From Ginglymostoma cirratum (lineage: Eukaryota), in the NCBI GenBank assembly GCA_024137785.1, contig JAHRHZ010000062.1, forward strand, positions 36,751,424-36,815,423: DNA of 64,000 nucleotides, read 5' to 3'. Made by a program: the position numbers and the translations under genes. The first letter of the stretch is position 1. The number at the start of each line of letters is the position of its first letter. Below the pieces are notes generated by a model. That model was given only the letters and a program-made list of their open reading frames with translations. It did not search any database and was not told the origin of the DNA. Below, one piece after another: positions 51,151 through 63,689 of the stretch.

Positions 51151-53294
51151 TTCCTTTGACCGCCTATTTGCCCAGAAATTCCGAGCAGGGTTAAAAGTTG
51201 GTCGGGGTTGGAACAGGGGCTATTGGTTTGCATTGGGTGCAGGGTGTCGGGTAAGGTTGGACTGGGATTCAGTTGGGTTAGGTTTGGACTGGGTTAGGTT
51301 TGGATCAGGGGCCTGTTGGGTCTAGTGGTAAGGAGGAAATTGGATCAGGTCAGCAGGCGCTGGATTCATGGAGAGGGATGGTTGGAGTGTAGTATTGGGT
51401 CAGATTGAGGGCTGACAAGTCAGTTAGGGTGTAGGGTGTGGCAAGTGCATCTGAGGTATCATATTAATTTAGGGGCTTGAGGGGGCACATGATGACTGGG
51501 AGGGGTATTTGATAAGCTGCAGCCACCAAGTGCCTGTGTGTTTTTCCTGTTAGGCATTTGTGCTATCTAGTTTCTTCAGGGACAATAGGAGAGGTGGAAG
51601 TGGGATGTAAATAGGATGCATTTGACTTTAATGAGAAACAAATACATGCAGGTAAAGTGGCCATCACTGAAGAGCAAGATTCAGAAGTCACCACTTTCTG
51701 CTTGAAGGGAAGCGACATTTTTTTTTCAATGCAGTTTATCATTTAATATGACCTGAAGAAATGCCTGAGACAGATAGAATAAGGAAACAGGGGATAGATG
51801 TATTCATTTAGTGTTAATTGTGTGTGAAGTGGTTGTATAAGTATAGGGAGCTAGTGCTCAATTGGGTATGAGTTTTATGGAGTGTGGTTAATGAAATAAA
51901 GCTCTCACTAAAAGTGTGGTCATGAAAATAATTTGAACAGTTAACATGGTATAACCAGGTAACATAGGTAACAGTGGGTGGTTGAGTCAAATGTAAAGTT
52001 TTAATATAATATAATCAAGCCCTGTTTTCTGAAAATGTCCCTTATGATCATTGGAAATGTGAAGTTACAATGTGGATCTGGACTACTTCTTTACCAAAAA
52101 GTAAGCAAGGTGTGGCCTTAGCGCTTGTACTACCTCATAGAAACAAGATTAGAAGCAAAGACGTTTGTTTTAGAATTGGAGCTGGATGACTTAAACATGA
52201 TGATTTGGACAGATTGTTAACGTTCATGGATAAAATGGATCAAAAAGATGATGGATTGACTGCTTATAAGACATTTTGACAAATTTAAAAAGACTGATGA
52301 CAGTACTATGGAAAAATACATAATGGAATTCAGTAGGTTGTATACAAGACTACAGAAATTTCATTTGGAAATTTCCCAGTCTGCACTGACATTTAATTAA
52401 TTGGACTGTGATAATGTACCAAGTATGAACAGACTTCTAATTTTGACTGGAATTAAATTCATGTACAAACCTACATTATGAGAACAAATTTCAGAAGAAC
52501 TAAAAAAGCTACGCAATCATTCCTGCCCAGCAGTATTCATAACCCAGGTGACAGCTGGTGATAAGACAGACAATGAAGGATGCAGTGTTAACAACTTGGA
52601 AAGACTATCTGGATACAGGTCACAAGTGACAGTATGGGAAGGCAAACTGTAGCTAATATAAATGAGGAGAGAAACGCTATTAATAATGTTGAGAAGCAAA
52701 GACAATTTGGGAGATACAATAAGGAAGTGAACTCCAGAAATACTCAGGGTGTAGCTAATCAATATTTCAGGCATGATTCAAATTAATACTATGCCATGAA
52801 CTGTTCTGAATAATATAATAAAACACTCAAAATAAAATATGAAATGAAATGGAGAATTTAGGGCAAGATGGAGATACAGATAAAAGAGACCATTGTATCT
52901 GGCACAAGAAGTTTCAACCCAGCAATGACTGTGTCAGTAGTAGAGTCTTTCAATTGTGCAGTATTGGACAGTGGACACATACCCGCTGTATGCAGAACAG
53001 ACTGGCTAGAATGATACCTAGACTCTGCGTAAAAAGATCAGGCAAAATGCAAGAATTTAAAGGTCCACAAGTTTCAGATTTGGGGATGATAATACACTAA
53101 AGTCTTTGAAAAATGTGGTTATTCCTTATAAAGTAGGTGGAATCAATCATTTAATAAGATAGATGTAGCATCCAGTGAAATATCATTTTAAGTAAATCAT
53201 TAATAAAGAAAGCACAGATAAAATCTGATACAGAAAACTACAAAAGAATTTGGGAAATCTGAAATTGTAATGTACACAATTGGGATGCTATTGT

Positions 53295-53877
53295 ATCAGA
53301 GATAAAAGGTACTGCAGATGCTGGAGAATNNNNNNNNNNNNNNNNNNNNNNNNNNNNNNNNNNNNNNNNNNNNNNNNNNNNNNNNNNNNNNNNNNNNNNN
53401 NNNNNNNNNNNNNNNNNNNNNNNNNNNNNNNNNNNNNNNNNNNNNNNNNNNNNNNNNNNNNNNNNNNNNNNNNNNNNNNNNNNNNNNNNNNNNNNNNNNN
53501 NNNNNNNNNNNNNNNNNNNNNNNNNNNNNNNNNNNNNNNNNNNNNNNNNNNNNNNNNNNNNNNNNNNNNNNNNNNNNNNNNNNNNNNNNNNNNNNNNNNN
53601 NNNNNNNNNNNNNNNNNNNNNNNNNNNNNNNNNNNNNNNNNNNNNNNNNNNNNNNNNNNNNNNNNNNNNNNNNNNNNNNNNNNNNNNNNNNNNNNNNNNN
53701 NNNNNNNNNNNNNNNNNNNNNNNNNNNNNGAGCAGGAAAGCTTGACGTTTCGGGCCTAGACCCTTCATCAGAAAATCAGATTTTCTGATGAAGGGTCTAG
53801 GCCTGAAACGTCAAGTTTTCTTGCTCCTATGATGCTGCTTGGCCCGCTGTGTTCATCCAGCCCCACAACTTGTTATC
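53295..53877. mobile_element. Fold-back Penelope-tail insertion with two opposed hammerheads (contains N gap 53330-53729)
   Basis: Perfect 14-bp TSD tgggatgctattgt at 53281-53294 and 53878-53891. 48-bp inverted repeat 53730-53777 / 53779-53826. Confidence 0.9.
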
Positions 53878-54519
53878 TGGGATGCTATTGTGTTCTTTTA
53901 ATAGAAGCTAACTTCTCTAAAGAAAGTAAAGAAGTGTTAATGACATCAAGGTGTGGAAATTTAGAAAGCTAAAAGTGATTTGTGTTAAAATCACAGGCAA
54001 TTGGCCCATCTTTCCTTTAATGCATTAAAGATTTTAGTAAATGAATCAGGAAAAAGGGATGTGGGTAATAACAAGCTCATAGATGAGATGTGAACATTTG
54101 TGAAAAAAACCTCAAAGGACACCATTATGGCCTAAAGTAAGACTGCCTTTAGCAAGAGATTTCAATCAGGTTGTGGCCATGGATTTAAAGATATGGGATA
54201 ATAAAAATGAAAACGTTTCACAGTTTGTGCATTTGGAACCAGATTCTGTCAATTAACAATAATACAAAGTAAAGGTAAGGAAACAGTTATGGATAAGTAA
54301 TGGAAAAGTGGATAGGGACCAGTCTTGGACCCCTGGCAAAATTTCTCACTGGTTGTGGATTGAATAGTTACGAATACAGCAGCAGAAAGCCCTTTTAGCA
54401 ATGGGGTATGTAAAAGAAACCATTCAGCAATGGAGAAAATGGTTCATAAAAGTTTGGCAGATCAGCCAAACTATAAATTTTCATCTGCACCCACATGGGC
54501 AGCTCAAACTACGATGTTA

Positions 54520-55262
54520 AGAAGACTTTCTCAGAGTACAATGGGACCTCGATCAGATGGGACAATAGGCTGAGGAGTGGCAAATGAAGTTTAATATAGA
54601 TAAACGTGAGGTGTTGTATTTTGGGAAGGCAAACAAATGCAGGACTTATGTAGTTAATGGTAGGGTCCTGGGAAGTGGTACTAAACAGAGACCTATTGGT
54701 GCAGGTGCATAGTTCCTTGAAAATGGAATCGCGGGTTGACACAGTGGTGAAGAAGGCATTTGGCATGGTTTCCTTCATTTTTCAGAACATTTGGTATAGG
54801 AGTTAGGATGTCATGTTGCGCTGTGCAGGAAATTGGTGAGGCCACTTTTAGAATACTGTGTACAATTCTGGTTGCCTTTCTATGTAGAGGATGTTGTTAA
54901 ACTTGAGAAGGTGCAGAAAGATTTACAAGGATGTTGCCAAGACTGGAGGGTTTGAATTATGGGGAGAGGCTGAATAGGCAGTGGCATTTTCCCCGAGAGT
55001 GTCAGAAGCTGAGGAGTAACCATATAGAGGTTTATAAAATCATGAGGAGCATGGATCGGGTGAATAGCAATGGTCTATTTCCTAGGGAAGGGGAGTCCAA
55101 ATAAGGGCATAGGTTTAGGATTAGATGGGCAAGATTTAAAAAGGACGTGACAGGTACCTTTTTCATGCAGAGGGTGGGGCATGTTTTGAATGAGCCTCCA
55201 CAAGAAGTGGTGGAGGCTGGTGCAATTACAACATTTAAAAGGCATCTGGACGGGTATATGAA
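54520..55262 (+). mobile_element. CR1 LINE ORF2 fragment inside the copia element
   Basis: DLDQMGQ*AEEWQMKFNIDK..LVRPLLEYCVQFW..LNEPPQEVVEAG. No 3' tail is present. Confidence 0.9.
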
Positions 55263-56384
55263 CCAAAAGTACGACAGGGGAAGAGAAGCCCATGAAATCG
55301 GTAAGTCTTAGTCAGCACGAACAAACTTGAATACACATTAATAAAGGACACCAAACAACAAGAGCTGCAGAGATGGAAAGAATTTTGAGTGTACACAGAG
55401 ATGCCAGATGGAGGACAAGCAGACCTATCACATAGCTGGATGTGCACCAAAAAGGTGTGTTCTGAAAGGATTTAACCAGGTGAAAGCAAGGCTAGTGGTA
55501 CAAGGTTTTCAAGAATCAATGGGAGAATCAAGATATATCAACAGCAGGATCAGAAATTTTGAAAAATTTCCTGTCTTTATTGACAACAAATACTCGGGCG
55601 TGTAGATCAATTGATGTTAAAGGTGTATTTCTGCAGAAGGTCAGCTCTAGAAGGAAATCTTTCATCTTCCAGAAGAATCACAGAGTAAGCCATTCTGGAA
55701 ATTAAATAAATGTGTATATGGCCTAAATGATGCCTCTAGAGTTTGATACTTCTCAGTAAGGTCTGTCTTGTTAAAACTGGGTTGTCTTCAGTTAAACACA
55801 GACCCTACCATGTTGTATTGGCATCATGTGAACAGCTTTCAGGTATTTTTGCAATGTTTGTACATGGGGTGGGAAGCAAAGAATATGAAAATGTTGTTAT
55901 AAATGGACTTAAAGCCAAATTCAAAATTGGAAGTCAGATTTCTAGAGCCTTTAGGATCATTGGATTGCAAATCAGACAGAACAGATCAACTGTCACTTTG
56001 CATCAGCAATCATATTTGAAAACTGATAGCCCCTTTGCTATTAGTCGATATAAACAAGTAGTTCACAAAAAGATTCAGCGACTTCAAACAACTGAAATGG
56101 TGAAACTGCAAAGTCTGATTAGGTAACTGAATTGACTGGGTATCAAAATAAGGTCAGGTGCCATTTTTCAAATATTAGAGCTGAATATAACTATGAAAGA
56201 TCCAAAGTGGATGACATTATTCAGATAAACAAAACATTGAAAAACTTTAAATTGGTGCCTTGTGTTTTGAAATTGCCATTATTGCAAGATGCCAGGAACA
56301 TTAAAGTTCTTATTTTAATGAGGCTTCATTTGCAAATCTTGAAAGTGCATTTTCAAGTGGAGGAGGGTTTAGAATTTTCCTTTT

Positions 56385-57930
56385 CTATTCATTTGTGGGA
56401 CGTGGGCGTTGCTGGCTGGCCAGCATTTCTTGCCCATCCCGAGTTGCCCTTGAGAATGTGGAGGTGAGCTGCCTTCTTGAACCTCTGCAGTCCTCCTGCT
56501 GTAGGTTGACCCACAATGTCCTCAGGGTGAAATTCCAGGATTTTGACTCAGCAATAATGAAGGAATGGAGATATATTTCCAAGTCAGGATAGTAAGGAGG
56601 GGAACTTGGAGGTGGTGGTGTTCCCAGATGTCTGGTACCCTTGTTCTTTTAAATGGAAGTGGCTGTGGGTTTTGGAAGGTGTTGTCTGAGGATCTTTGGT
56701 GAAGTTCTGCAGTGTATCTTGTAGATAGTACACACTGTTGCTACTGAGTGTTGGTGGTGGAGGGAGTGGATGCAAGTGGATGTAATGCCAATCAAGCGGG
56801 CTGCTTTGTCCTGGATAGTGTCAAGCTTCTTAAGTGTTGCTGGGGTTGCACTCACCCAGGCAAGTGGGGAGCATTCCATCACTCTCCTGACTTGTGCCTT
56901 GTAGATGGTGGACAGGCTTCGGGGAGTCAGAAGGTGAGTTAATCACCGCAGTATCCTAGCTTCTGGCCTGCTCTTGTAGCCATTGTGTTTTTGCGTTGAG
57001 TCCAGTTGAGCTTCTGGTCAATGATAACACTCAGGATATTGATAGCGAGGGATTCAGTAATGGTAACACCATTGAATGTCAGAGGATGGTAGTTAGATTG
57101 TCTGTCATTGGTGATGGTCATTGCCTGGTAATTGACCGGGTTGGATTTGTCCTGCTTTTTGTGTACAGGACATACTCGCGCAATTTTCCACATTGTCGGG
57201 TAGATACCAATGTTGTAAATTTACTAGAACAGTTTGGCTAGGGGACCGACAAGTTTTGGAGCATAAGTCTTCCGTACTATTTCTGGAATGTTGTCAGGGC
57301 CGGTAGTCTTTGTAGTATCCAGTGTTTCCAACCGTTTCTTGATATTATGTGGGATGAATCGATTTGGCTGAAAACTGGTGTCTGTAATGTTGGGGACCAC
57401 TGGAGGAGGCCGAAATGGATCATCCACTCAGCACTTCTGGCTGAAGATTGCTGCGAATGCTTCAACCTTATCTTTTGCGCTGATGTGCTGGGCTCTTCCA
57501 TAATTGAGAATGGGGATATTTGTGGAACCTCCTTCTCCAGTGAGTTGTTTAATTGTCCACTACCATTCACGACTGGATGTGGCAGGACTGCAGAACTTAG
57601 ATCTGATCTGTTGGTTATGGCATCACTCAGCTCTGTCTATCACTTGCTGCTTTTGCTGTTTGGTGGCTTCACCAGGTTGATACCTCATCTTCAGGTATGC
57701 CTAGTGCTGCTCCTGGCATGCCCTCCTGCACTCTCCACTGAACCTGGGTTGATCCCCTGGCTTGATGGTAATGGTTGAGTGGGGTATATGCTGGGCCATG
57801 CTGTTACAGATTGTGCTGGAGTACAATTCTGCTGCTGTTGATGGCCCACAGTGCCTCATGGATGCCCATTCTTGAGTTGCTAGATCTGTACGAAGTCTGT
57901 CACATTTAGCGCGGTGATAGTACCACACAT
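56385..57930 (-). mobile_element. CR1-group (L2/Crack-like) LINE with RT core deleted
   Basis: WYYHRAKCDRLRTDL; KTTGPDNIP..PLAKLF; WKIARVCPVHKKQDKSNPVNY fused directly to QAMTI; MECSPLAW..LDTIQDKAARLI. 3' tail present. Confidence 0.85.
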
Positions 57931-60900
57931 CACAATTTATCCTGTTGCCTTTTATCTTCTAGAGCTAAAAAGGACAGAAGAGTTGTTAAATAGTACCTAA
58001 GTGACAGATAGTCTCACTTTTGGTGAGGCAATAGTTCTGATGTTTTGTTCAGGTGAAAATATTGGAAAAAAAAATTATAAAGGATTCAGCAGCAATATTT
58101 ATTGACTGCCACATAATTAATCACTGTCAGATAATGTACATAATGCAATATGGAATTGGAAAATGACTGAGGATCAATATTATAGTTTTGAAACAGATGC
58201 TGGAGAAATCTCCAAATAGAAAAAGGTTGATAGCAGCAGTTAGATATTGGAGCCTTTCATAGTCACCTCTGCTGCTGCGGGAATTGGACTCATACTAATG
58301 GAATCACTCTGCATCACAAACCAGCCATCCAGCCAACAGAGCAATAAAACATGAATTAGAGAGCTGGGCTAATAGTGACCATGTAACCACTGATGATTTT
58401 CATAAAACCCCATCTGGTATATTAATGCCTTTTAGGGAAGGAAATCTACTCCTTAATTGGTCTGGCCTATATGTGACTCCACACCCACAGTAACACGGTT
58501 CATTCTTAATTGCATCTGTGCAATCAAAGATGACCAATAAATGCTGGTCTGGCCAGTCATACCTAAATCCAGCGAGCTTTGTGTTTGGAAACTGTGTACT
58601 AGCTATGAGATGTACTTTACACTCTTTGAACAGCATCTCCAAAACCTACAATCTCCATTTCCTAGAAGGATAGTTGTGGTGGGTGTGTGGGAACATCACC
58701 AAATCTAAGTGTCCCCTCCAAATCAAACACCATCCTGACTTTCACATATAATCACCACCTTTCTCACTGTGAAACTAGAACTCACTAACAAGCAGCATTG
58801 TCAACATGTGGACAAGAAGATGCAGTGTTGCTGGCAAAATGCAATCAATTCTGGTCTTGGGACACACATATCATGAAACTAGGTTAAAGAGGGACCTACA
58901 TCTGTAAGTACTGGATACAGAAAGCCACACCACACATTTTAAAAGTCTTAAAATAGATGGAAGGGAAACAGTGAAGGAAATAAGGGAATCCACAGGCAGA
59001 CACAATAGGATAATATGAAGATGCAGGAAGAAGGAAGATACCATAAGATGGTGCATAACAATTGTGAAAGGAACAAAATGCTTCTCAGACACAAGAGTCT
59101 TACACACTGTTTTCTCTCTCTCTCTCTCTAATATATTTCTATTCAATGTGCAATGACATCCTCAGAGACAAAACAAAGATTGCTTACAGGATAATTTCAT
59201 CATTTTGCGAGATATACAGAATGACTTGAGGTCAGGAGGGTGGTTGGCACGTGTGGGCTGAACGCAGATCAAAACACTTTAACAGCTAACTATTTGTCAC
59301 TTTAAAGGACCCCTTAAAATGTTTACAAAAGGAAAAGGGGAAGATGAAGAATTCTACTAGCCCGGCTACCATTAGTCCACGGAAACTGCTGCTTCATTAA
59401 TTAGTGCTGTCTGTTAGACCATAAGGCACTTGCTGTGAGTATGCCAACAGGCCAGCAGCATGCTCAGATTTCAAAGGTGGCCCTTTGTGCCAGCTGCATC
59501 TGAAGATTCTGACAAATTTTAGTGATATAATTCTGGGCCCTTTTGAAATAAAAGCTGAGCTTGACTAGAGGAGATCAATGTACCAAAAAAAATGTTCGTT
59601 GTTTGATACGCAGCAGATGTCAGCTCGGGTTTTTTGGAAGGCTGTTGACAGTTCCTGACGTATGACATCTTGACTTTTTCACAGCTAATCCCCCATCAGT
59701 GAGGCTTTAGAACAACAAGACTTAAACAAATTTTGATAGTTTGAAATTTAGTTTTGCGGAGAAGGAAAGCCAGATGGGGAAAATACTACACTGAAGAAAA
59801 ACTCACACAGCATGATCCTTTCAAGGGCACTAATGTCTGGGATTTCAAGACTTTCCCATTGTCCTTTTAGTTCAGGTCCATTAAATTTCTTTTTTTTTTG
59901 GATACAAAACCACCAATTATTTATACGGTTTGCGCAAGATTTTCTTGACCCAATTAGCCTCTTAACTCCATGGCTGAAAACTAAAGCCAACACAATGATT
60001 CTGTTTACACCAAACACCCTTTGCAACAACTCCATAGTGCGTGGTACATATTTTTGTCATTATGCTGATAAATACTGAGGATACCTGGGGCTCTTTAAAT
60101 ATAATTCTTTTCCAGAGCTTTCTGTAAAGTATCTACTTATTTGGGGGCCATTTTGTACCAGGACAGCTTTACAGCCTAGAATTTTTTAGATTATATATCT
60201 GTTTATTTTCCTTTCTGAAAAATTGATGGTGTACGTGATACGGCGGGAAAAAACTGTCTCAATGAGGTTTAATAATTATCACACTATATTCTGATGAAAG
60301 AAGTCAATTAAAAACTTACATCTTTGAGAAATAATTAGACATAATAAAATATGTTTTCCATTTGTATCATCATTGGTATTTCCGCAAAACTTCTGATTCT
60401 CTTTTCAATGAACATCCTTATCTCTAGTTCAAACTTTACAGTATTAAAACTGAAACCCCTGCCACGTTCTATATCTAAGCCTACATGATTGCTTCGTTAT
60501 TACTTTAATGAGCAGTACATAAGGTAAAAGAAACTGAAATTAAGAAAGCAGTTCTAGTTGACAAAGCAACAAATGCTATTAAACAACCAGCATGCAGATA
60601 ATTACAAGGCCAACCTTTAGATCAGATCCCTAAGAAAGCTGGCTAAAGCTAAATCGTAAGGTATTCATAAATAGTTAGATGATGTATTGGTTCATAGATT
60701 TAATTCCAGTAGGCAATAACTCTGCATCTGCCACCCTAGACCCCATCCACTTATCTTCTGCCTTAGCCCCCGCTCACCTGCCACCCTATCACCTCACCCA
60801 CTTCCTGCCGACGTTCCTCCCTCAGCTACCAGGCAGCCAATCTGTCTCACAATTTTTCTCTGAGAATGTGCACATCATTCACCTGGTGATTAAAAAGGGT

Positions 60901-61770
60901 AAGAGGCAGTTCCAAGAGCAGCTCAGCAAAATTGACCATGCATCTGATCAATATAGAGTATGCCATGGAAGATAGCTGTAAGTGTGCAGCTGTTGGATGT
61001 AGGCAAAGAGAGGAGTGGGTTTGATTATGATGTCCTATGATTGAGAGACTGGCAAATATTCACATGCAGGATAGACCATCAACTTGTGCAAGGTACCAGA
61101 GAGCATTGGCAAGAGTACGAGACTGCACTCTGTCAAGGGTTTAGTGCCTGCAGGACAGAAAGAAAAAACTAATTATAAATGAACCCAATGTATTTTACTT
61201 TAATAAGGAGCTAATTCAATCAAAATGACTTTTAGAAAGGACACTGGCATTGTTGGACACAGGGGAGCAGTAAAACCAATCTTTGCAATTCAGATCAATA
61301 CCGTTGACCTGTAGCTTCAAGCACACTACAAACAACATCATGGTTGCAGCCACTTGTCAGTTATGTTTTAATCAATACATCTCTCAGGTGGGTTCATTTT
61401 TTGCCTGAGGCACTTCCCCTTTTCTGCCTGGTGAAGCAAGATTGTTTGTAACATGAGCTAACTCAGCACTGAACACAGTAAGATGTTTGCAAGGCTTCAT
61501 GTTAATTAAGCATGTTGCTTTCAACAGATCCTCCCTATGGTGCATTGTGGAAGCACAAATATATTTGTGCACATTCCAACCTCCACTCTGCACCAGCCCA
61601 GGTGACAAGGTTGCTATCTGGCATTGGTTAATGCAAGTAATTTCTATTATCCATTGTCCCCTAATCATTTAATCAACAGCTCGCTCAACTAGTAAACAAT
61701 CAGTACTGAACACAATTGGCTCTAGCAACGTGTGCAAGATGAATTGATTTCTAGAGTCAAAAATCATGTT

Positions 61771-62748
61771 AGGCAGAATCTTATCAGGATCTGAGTGACA
61801 TAGAGTACGAGTGGTGGAACTGGTGAGGCCCATCCTAACGTTGAGCTCATCTCTCCACATCTTGAACATTTCTCACAAGTGGTGTGGCGAGATTCTTACT
61901 AGGCTGCAGTGAGTTCCCAGTTGATGCTCATTATTGCTTGCTAAATACCTGGTTAACGGCCCAATTTGCCACAGGATGTCTTCTTACTAAACTCACCAAA
62001 CAAGCAAGCCATCAGGAAAATTCGACATGGAAAGCAGAATGGGTTCTTGGTGATTTCAACTTTGACATTTAGATCTGACATTTTCCAGCTTCTAAGAACC
62101 CTGGTGGCATGTCTCTGATCCACTTCCAGGACACTCCTGGACTTCAATGCTTCACCTCAAGCTGCACCAGCAACTATCATGTTAGTTCTGCAGAGTGGAC
62201 ATGTATACACCCAAAGGGCCATTCTAGGCTGCATCTCCCGGCTCTTCCTTTGTTGTATAGCACTCCCTTACTCTGAGCCTACATGGATGCCTGGCATGAT
62301 CTGGATTAATGGTCTTCATTGCATGTCATGGGGAAGAGAAAGTCCTGTCAGTGCATGATCCTGTCCAACAGGGACTAACAGATCATGCCTGCAAAGTGGG
62401 GCAACTGTCGGCCACACCCAGGGCAAATGCTAGGAATTGGTCAGGGCAGCCCCTGGGCTGACAGTGCTTGTCTGAGTACAACATTCTTTTACATACAGCT
62501 CTGGTGCCAGGAATGCTGGTCAATTCCAGGATCGCCAGACAGTAGCAAACTGTTCTAGAAATGGTGCATGGTAAAACGAGGTAAAAATCAGACTCTCATG
62601 ATTCTTGCTGCAAGGGCCCAATTAGCAATATGGGTGCCAAGTTTAGTAAGATATGGCAAAAAAAACTGCTTGTTCGTGGCGCAAGATAAACACCACCAAA
62701 TTCAATGCTACTTACACTTTGGCAAAAAAAACTGTTAAGATTCAGCCC
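61771..62748. mobile_element. Possible non-autonomous PIF/Harbinger-type DNA transposon
   Basis: Imperfect TIRs aggcagaatctta (61771-61783) / taagattcagccc (62736-62748). TSD not evident. Confidence 0.4.
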
Positions 62749-63689
62749 AATACTTCTAAAATCCTTTCAATACTTAAGCATTTAAATTTCCATTAACTGT
62801 ATGCTCAATACTGGTCACACTATGGAAAAAAAACAAATTTCGAGCCTTCTGATTGGAATTGGTTTCTTTAATTCTTTATCAATCCAAGAAGTCATATCCA
62901 ACTTCATGTAAGTGCAATTGTAATGAGTTTAAGTCGGTGTGTCTGTGCCTGATCTCTGAGAGGGGAACATTGTCTTTCAATTCAAACAAAAATATCTTGT
63001 GCAATTTGTCCAAATATATGCAGGATTGGCGGTTTGTTTTAAATTTAACAACTATTTAAATCTGACTACTCAAAGGTTTTCTTTTCAATGGCACATGTTA
63101 CCTTAACTGTTCAAATTAATGAGTGTTCTATAACATTCAAAGAGAATTAGTTAATGCAGATAATTCACATAGGGGATACAAATTACAAATAAGTCTACAT
63201 TGGAATATTACTTACAGCCTAACACAGCAGTCACATTATTTTTGATCTATGTTTTTAATTAAGGAAGGATTTGCAATTATTGCAAGCATCTCCAATGATG
63301 ACAGGATGTTCCAAAGCTAAGCTCAATGACTAATGTAAATTTACTTTATATATCCCACTAATATCACTTGCTTCCCCTTACTTGCTTAATGCATAAATTT
63401 GGAGTTAAAGTCAATTTCACAGTATTGTGCTCACTGAAGACAGGGGAATAGAGGTATGAGCTGATGTAGAAATAATCTGAATAGGATTCTTTTTGTGTTT
63501 GGGTACAATATAACTTTACCTCAATACGTATGCAAGTAAAAACAATATCTGTGGGCCACAGAAAACTGAGATTCATTTGTAAGCTACCTGAAAAAATATC
63601 TGGAGTATTTCATATAGTTAACAAAAAATTTGCTTTATATCCATTCATTAAAGTTATTTCAAAGCTGAGACAGTAAGGATTTGTTATAT

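Larger units (their letters stand above)
51990..58250 (+). mobile_element. Decayed Ty1/copia retrotransposon, GalEa-like (gag-PR-IN-RT-RH), with nested insertions
   Basis: Gag PYDHWKCEVTMW..LPKSKQGVALAL (about 52040); PR AVLDSG..FRFGD (about 52960-53090); IN LPLARDFNQVVAMDLK and TAAESPFSNG (54140-54410); RT KARLVVQGFQE, DVKGVFLQ, LNKCVYGLNDASR (55480-55740); RH ASFANL (about 56325), RRVV and LKQMLEK (57975-58210). Many stops and frameshifts. Confidence 0.9.

Noticed and set aside
51180-51510. G-rich gggtt/gggtta-like run suggesting telomeric or G4 repeats
   Set aside because: Irregular low-complexity sequence with no true (TTAGGG)n array.
53238-53788. ORFs spanning the 400-N gap
   Set aside because: Artefacts of ambiguous bases.
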